A DNA stretch of 42,066 nt from the NCBI GenBank assembly GCA_031549735.1, contig JAVBPF010000031.1:1-42066 (forward strand), in the 5' to 3' direction. This document shows, piece by piece, positions 40,697 to 42,066 of the stretch. The translations under genes and the position numbers were made by a program. Position 1 is the stretch's first letter. Every line of letters starts with the position of its first letter. Under the pieces are notes generated by a model. It was not told the DNA's origin and made no database searches. It worked only from the letters and a program-made list of their open reading frames with translations. The stretch comes from Oscillospiraceae bacterium (GTDB taxonomy: Bacteria; Bacillota; Clostridia; Oscillospirales; UBA929).

Positions 40697-42066
40697 TTAA
40701 ATATTCTTCCGCCGTCCGTAGCGCAACATACGCATAGCGTTGAGGATGGCCAGCACCGAAACGCCCACGTCGGCAAATACGGCTTCCCACAGGCTGGCTT
40801 GTCCCGCTGCGCCCAGAAGCAGCACGCAAAGCTTGATGGCCAGCGCCAACACGATGTTCTGCCAGACGACGACTTTGGTTTTGCACGCCACGCGGATGGC
40901 TTCGGCCAACGCGCCCGGATCGCTGCCCATCAGCACCACGTCGGCCGTTTCAATGGCCGCGTCGGCGCCCAGTCCGCCCATGGCCACGCCGATGTCGGCC
41001 CGGGCCAGCACCGGCGCGTCGTTGACACCGTCGCCTATATAACACAGCTTACCTTTGGAGGTCCGCCTGTCCAGCACTTTTTCCAGCTCGGTGACCTTTT
41101 GATCGGGGAGCAGATCGGCATGTACCTCGTCGATGCCCAGCCTCCCGGCCACCTCTTCGGCCACGTCCTCACTGTCTCCGGTGAGCATGACGGTCTTTTG
41201 CACGCCCAGCCGTTTGAGCTGCCGGATGGCCTCACCGCTCTCTGGCCGGATCTCATCGGCAATGACAAGGCATCCGGCATATCGCCCGTCGACCGACACA
41301 TACACCTTGGTTCCGGCGTCGGCTTCCGGAATGAACGCCACGCCCTCACGGCGCATCAGCTTCTCATTGCCCGCGGCGACGGTTTGCTGTCCGATCCGCG
41401 CCACCACACCCTGCCCGGCCACTTCCCGGACATCGGTCGGCGCAGCGGCCTGTTCCCCGTTTTCCGCGCGGGCACGGACGGACTGCGCGATGGGGTGGTT
41501 GGAGTAGTGTTCGGCCGCGGCCGCCAGCGCCAGCACGCTTTCCTCCGAAAACCCCTGTGCCGTTTGGACGCGTGTCACCACAAAGCTGCCGGCGGTGAGG
41601 GTACCGGTTTTGTCAAAGACGACGGTATCCACCTGCGAAAGCGCCTCTAAGTACTGGGAACCCTTGACCAGAATCCCGCGCTTCGACGCCGCGCCGATGC
41701 CGCCGAAGAAACCGAGCGGGATGGAAATGACCAGCGCGCAGGGGCAGGAGATGACCAGGAACACCAAGCCGCGGTGCAGCCAATCGGCCCAGGCGCCGGC
41801 GAAAAACAGTGGCGGTACCACGGCGATGAGCGCAGCGCACAGCACGACGATCGGGGTGTACACTTTGGAAAACACGGTGATGAACTGCTCGGTTTTGGCC
41901 TTGCGCTCCGACGCGTTTTGCACCAGATCCAAGATCCTGGAGACGGCCGATTCGCCGAACACGCGCGTCACACGAACGGTCAGCACGCCCTCCAGATTGA
42001 CACAGCCCGACAGCACGGTTTCGCCCGGGTGCGCGCCGCGCGGCACCGATTCCCCGGTCATCGACG
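40697..42066 (-). CDS. cadA: Heavy-metal P1B-type ATPase (CadA/ZntA-like), 5'-truncated by the window edge
   Basis: TGES, SCPCAL, DKTGT, HP, GDGVNDAP and C-terminal FADVG (P1B-2, Zn/Cd/Pb type). Confidence 0.9.
   Translation of the reverse strand, partial: SMTGESVPRGAHPGETVLSGCVNLEGVLTVRVTRVFGESAVSRILDLVQNASERKAKTEQFITVFSKVYTPIVVLCAALIAVVPPLFFAGAWADWLHRGLVFLVISCPCALVISIPLGFFGGIGAASKRGILVKGSQYLEALSQVDTVVFDKTGTLTAGSFVVTRVQTAQGFSEESVLALAAAAEHYSNHPIAQSVRARAENGEQAAAPTDVREVAGQGVVARIGQQTVAAGNEKLMRREGVAFIPEADAGTKVYVSVDGRYAGCLVIADEIRPESGEAIRQLKRLGVQKTVMLTGDSEDVAEEVAGRLGIDEVHADLLPDQKVTELEKVLDRRTSKGKLCYIGDGVNDAPVLARADIGVAMGGLGADAAIETADVVLMGSDPGALAEAIRVACKTKVVVWQNIVLALAIKLCVLLLGAAGQASLWEAVFADVGVSVLAILNAMRMLRYGRRKNI

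Overview
High-GC Firmicute (Clostridia-like, possibly Oscillospiraceae) chromosomal window of mostly housekeeping genes. In order: ftsE(partial)-ftsX-M23 coiled-coil peptidase-S41 protease; a hypothetical gene; greA-lysS-TrmH methylase-dprA-topA-trmFO-plsX-rnc; aldo/keto reductase; CapA-family lipoprotein; an Lsa/CplR-like antibiotic-resistance ABC-F with a uORF attenuator; CDF transporter; XRE-cupin regulator with acyl-CoA synthetase; a complete 7-gene RDD/SpoIIM/DUF58/MoxR/DUF4350/DUF4129/membrane module lying directly downstream of ahcY-metK-wecC; a lipoprotein; CIRCE-hrcA-grpE-dnaK with no dnaJ; an ECF sigma/anti-sigma pair; and a partial P1B ATPase. The most notable signals are (i) the uncharacterised MoxR membrane module linked to SAM-cycle genes, (ii) a structured ~160-bp dispersed repeat present three times, one copy carrying a 143-bp rod-like palindromic insert flanked by a 5-bp direct repeat, (iii) the MRHFSC leader peptide and RNA switch upstream of the ABC-F gene, (iv) a structured ahcY leader, (v) a 32-codon ORF coupled at both ends between lysS and the TrmH gene, and (vi) a Lys/Ala repeat tail on TopA. 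I saw no rRNA, tRNA, CRISPR array or transposase. All family calls are from motif recognition by eye, not database searches.
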